DNA of 63,668 nucleotides, the filler included. It is 8 parts of 8 records of this genome, joined end to end, with 100 filler letters (N's around TTAATTAATTAA, not from the genome) between each part and the next. Parts side by side here need not be neighbours in the genome. Positions count along the whole stretch, not along the records: positions 59,921 to 63,668 come from SRR20825010_3574; 7 more parts are not named here. One strand, given 5' to 3'. The notes under the pieces were generated by a model. It was not told the DNA's origin, searched no databases, and was given only the letters and a program-made list of their open reading frames with translations. This document shows, piece after piece, positions 61,251 through 63,668 of the stretch. Numbering within the stretch: the first letter of the stretch is position 1; each line of letters starts with the position of its first letter. The translations under genes were made by a program, and so were the position numbers.

Positions 61251-63454
61251 TTGATATGTTTTAAAATTTCACTTGCTACTGCTCTTGCTAATAAAGGCGG
61301 AACAGCATTGCCAACTAAAGTGTATTGTGGCACTTCTGTTTTTCTATTATTTCCGCCTGTTGAGCGTTTACCTTGAAACACAAAAGAATCATCAAAGGAT
61401 TGTAAACGTGCCATTTCTCTAACTGTTAATGACCTTGGCGAATTGTAATGAATATAATCGTCAGCAATGGTCATTATCGTAGAACTTTGCTCGTCTGGTT
61501 TTAAAACATTGTAATTTCTCTTATTTGTAGACAGATTTAATTTCTCAAGTTCTGGCCGTGCTTTTTTATAATCTCCATTTTTTAAAATCACTCCAAGTCT
61601 TTCAACAACAGTTTCGTTTTGCTTACTTGTTTTGTGATTGTTGAGTATGTCAAAGTATTTTTCTCCGTTTTCTAAACCTTCAGTATTTCTTACGTAAAAT
61701 GGTTTTGTTTGTGGTTTGAAACGTTCAATCAATCTACCTTTCTTTGACCATTCAGCAAATGATTTTCCACCTTTTGAAATTGGTTTTCCATCAATTCTGC
61801 GCTTCTTCAAAAGTTTAGCCATTTTTTTAGCTGTTCCATTGTATTGAGCATAAATATCAACTTCTTCATATCGATGAGCTTCTTGGTCATTGCCGATAAA
61901 GTCTAAATCGTGTAAAGCTTCAAAAATTGTAACTTTTTCTTCTTCGGAAACTGTTGCAGGAATTTCAGAAATATATTTTTGGTCTTTGCGACAACCAATA
62001 AAAAGTACTCTTTCTCTATTCTGCGGAACACCGTAATTTGATGCATTAGCAACAAAAGGTTGTTCTATTTTATAAAGTCTAATACTTTCAAGAATTGTTT
62101 CTAATTCCTGTTTTTGTGTTTTATTACAATGAGTTTTTAATATCTCAATTGACTCGTCAAAAGAAGTGGTGTAAATTTTTAATGCAGTAATAATATCTTC
62201 ACAATCTTTTTTATAGTTGGCTGGAACTTTTAAATTTTTAAATGAATTCTCAATTTTTGAAATAATATTTTCAGAGCCAATTTCTGTAAGGAAGTCAGTA
62301 AAAGCAGTTGTGAAATTATCACTATCGATATTACAAAAGTCTTTCTCTTTAATAATGTCACGCTTTAATTTATCCCATTCTTTGGTTCGTGCTAAAAGAT
62401 TAAAACCGTGGCGGATTGTGTTAATGTTTTCGTCTGTTTTACTGGTTTTGTAGTCTGCAATTTTTGGTGTTATCTTTTTAAATCTGTTTTCCACAAAGTT
62501 GATGAAATCGGCTTTTCCATTTTCTTTGTCTTTTTCCAGAAGCTTTTCGATTTCAACTCTTTTTATTATTGTATCGAAAAGAAATGAATTTGATTCTTTA
62601 CTGACTTTTTTTATGAATGAAATTAATTGAGGAATTTCTTTAGTGTCAACAATAGAGTTGATTTCTTGAAGAATTAACTCTTTTATTTTACCACCTTCTT
62701 TAGTCAAAATGCCTTTTACATTTTCCATCACAAAGTATTTAGGTTGTAAAGCCTTAATGACTTCTAAATAATGAGAAAATAGGTCATCTTTTTTGTCGAA
62801 TTTTTTTCGCTTTCCTGCAAGACTAAAACTTTGACAAGGTGGTCCACCACAAACAACATCTATTTTTCTACCATTGATTTTTTCTAATAAGTTGTCTAGA
62901 AAATCTGGTTCAGTAATATCTTGTTTTAAAAATTCAGCATTTAAACCTAATTGGTGATTGTAGCGAACAAGGTGAGTTAACTCACAGTTTTCGTTAATAT
63001 CGTTAGCCACAATAAAATCGAAGAATTTATTGTTATGTTCAGCTTGTAAAAATCCTTCGCTAAAACCACCTGCTCCAGCAAATAAATCAACAAAAGTGAA
63101 CGGTTTTCCGTAAAGTGAAACTTGTTCTTTTACAATATTTACATTACTGTTTTCTTTGTAGTTTTCTATGTGTTCATTTAAAAGGCTTTTAACTTCGTCT
63201 TGGTTAAAAGTCTTTTTGTTGGAATGGTGTAGAAGTTCGTCAGCTCTTTCTCTTAAGAAATCCAAATAATGGTTTATTTCGTGCGATTCTGTAGTCAAAC
63301 CAATCGCTTTTTGTTTGGATTTATCAAATTTTTTAGCTTCTATTTTTTGACCTGTCGAAACCTTAACCTGACTCCCATTACAGTTTATTCGTAGATGAAT
63401 TGGTGCAAACCCTTTTTTGTCAGGTTTGTCTAAATAAAAATTAATTGTTGCCAT
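61247..63454 (-). CDS. DNA cytosine-5 methyltransferase with N-terminal integrase arm-DNA-binding-like domain and large internal insertion
   Basis: DLFAGAGG (I), GGPPCQSFS (IV), MENVKG (VI), YGVPQNRER (VIII), REMARLQSF (IX), GNAVPP (X); N-terminal ~90 aa resemble Arm-DNA-bind_5; GTGA overlap with REase. Confidence 0.92.
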   Translation of the reverse strand: MATINFYLDKPDKKGFAPIHLRINCNGSQVKVSTGQKIEAKKFDKSKQKAIGLTTESHEINHYLDFLRERADELLHHSNKKTFNQDEVKSLLNEHIENYKENSNVNIVKEQVSLYGKPFTFVDLFAGAGGFSEGFLQAEHNNKFFDFIVANDINENCELTHLVRYNHQLGLNAEFLKQDITEPDFLDNLLEKINGRKIDVVCGGPPCQSFSLAGKRKKFDKKDDLFSHYLEVIKALQPKYFVMENVKGILTKEGGKIKELILQEINSIVDTKEIPQLISFIKKVSKESNSFLFDTIIKRVEIEKLLEKDKENGKADFINFVENRFKKITPKIADYKTSKTDENINTIRHGFNLLARTKEWDKLKRDIIKEKDFCNIDSDNFTTAFTDFLTEIGSENIISKIENSFKNLKVPANYKKDCEDIITALKIYTTSFDESIEILKTHCNKTQKQELETILESIRLYKIEQPFVANASNYGVPQNRERVLFIGCRKDQKYISEIPATVSEEEKVTIFEALHDLDFIGNDQEAHRYEEVDIYAQYNGTAKKMAKLLKKRRIDGKPISKGGKSFAEWSKKGRLIERFKPQTKPFYVRNTEGLENGEKYFDILNNHKTSKQNETVVERLGVILKNGDYKKARPELEKLNLSTNKRNYNVLKPDEQSSTIMTIADDYIHYNSPRSLTVREMARLQSFDDSFVFQGKRSTGGNNRKTEVPQYTLVGNAVPPLLARAVASEILKHIK

Positions 63455-63462
63455 AATTATTC

Positions 63463-63498
63463 ACGGACGTTTTTACGTACACGGACAAATTTACGGAC
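63463..63498 (-). promoter_or_regulatory. Promoter -7 box embedded in ACGGAC direct repeats
   Basis: ACGGAC at 63463, 63481, 63493 and ACGTAC at 63475; minus-strand TAAATTTG at 63486-63493. Confidence 0.7.
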
Positions 63499-63642
63499 AT
63501 TTTTATTAATTCCTAATTTAATTCTGTTTTTTGTTCAGATTATGCGTTGGAAAAAGGCAAGCTCTTTTTATTTTGTGAGGCACGAGCAAAATAAAATGTG
63601 CTTGACTGTGCGGTGGGATTCGCTTGCAGGTAACGTTGTTGT

Positions 63643-63668
63643 GTCGAGTAGACAAGGGGAGTTTCACC
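63643..63668 (-). mobile_element. 3' end (domain VI) of a group II intron, truncated by contig end
   Basis: Minus strand GGTGAAACTCCCCTTGTCTACTCGAC matches the bacterial group II intron terminus (GAAA loop, bulged A, terminal AC); only 26 nt visible. Confidence 0.65.

Noticed and set aside
63463-63498. ACGGAC repeats as a CRISPR or iteron array
   Set aside because: Units are 6 bp with no spacers, and no cas or rep gene is present; better explained as operator or arm-type sites.

Overview
This window is not one locus. It is eight unrelated contigs joined by 100-nt spacers (44 N + TTAATTAATTAA + 44 N); taxonomic labels are inferred from gene content and composition. (1) 1-14459: Cytophagales-like housekeeping genes (rnhA, menG/ubiE, porT, engB, fbp, lysC). 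(2) 14560-21391: GC-rich, Rhodobacteraceae-like; aldehyde dehydrogenase, lipoyl-less E2 and a MacAB-like ABC exporter. (3) 21492-29070: betaproteobacterial aa3 cytochrome c oxidase cluster. (4) 29171-36765: Cytophagales-like; TPR sensor with an unannotated 47-aa lipopeptide gene upstream, DAACS symporter, MNT-HEPN pair, aroC, batD. (5) 36866-45760: Flavobacteriaceae-like; ileS, dksA, lspA, uvrC, patatin-Omp85. (6) 45861-53840: alphaproteobacterial rhodanese, metC and aapJQMP. (7) 53941-59820: Bacteroidota SusC/SusD PUL start. (8) 59921-63668: AT-rich restriction-modification unit. Contig 8 is the most unusual. Its C5-cytosine methyltransferase has an N-terminus resembling a tyrosine-integrase arm-binding domain, and paired ACGGAC direct repeats straddle its promoter. 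The R-M pair sits between complementary GTTACCTG/CAGGTAAC ends like an integron cassette, and the 3' end of a group II intron abuts the right end. The second highlight is the small-lipopeptide/TPR-sensor pair in contig 4. I saw no rRNA, tRNA or CRISPR array. All family calls come from motif recognition by eye, not from searches.
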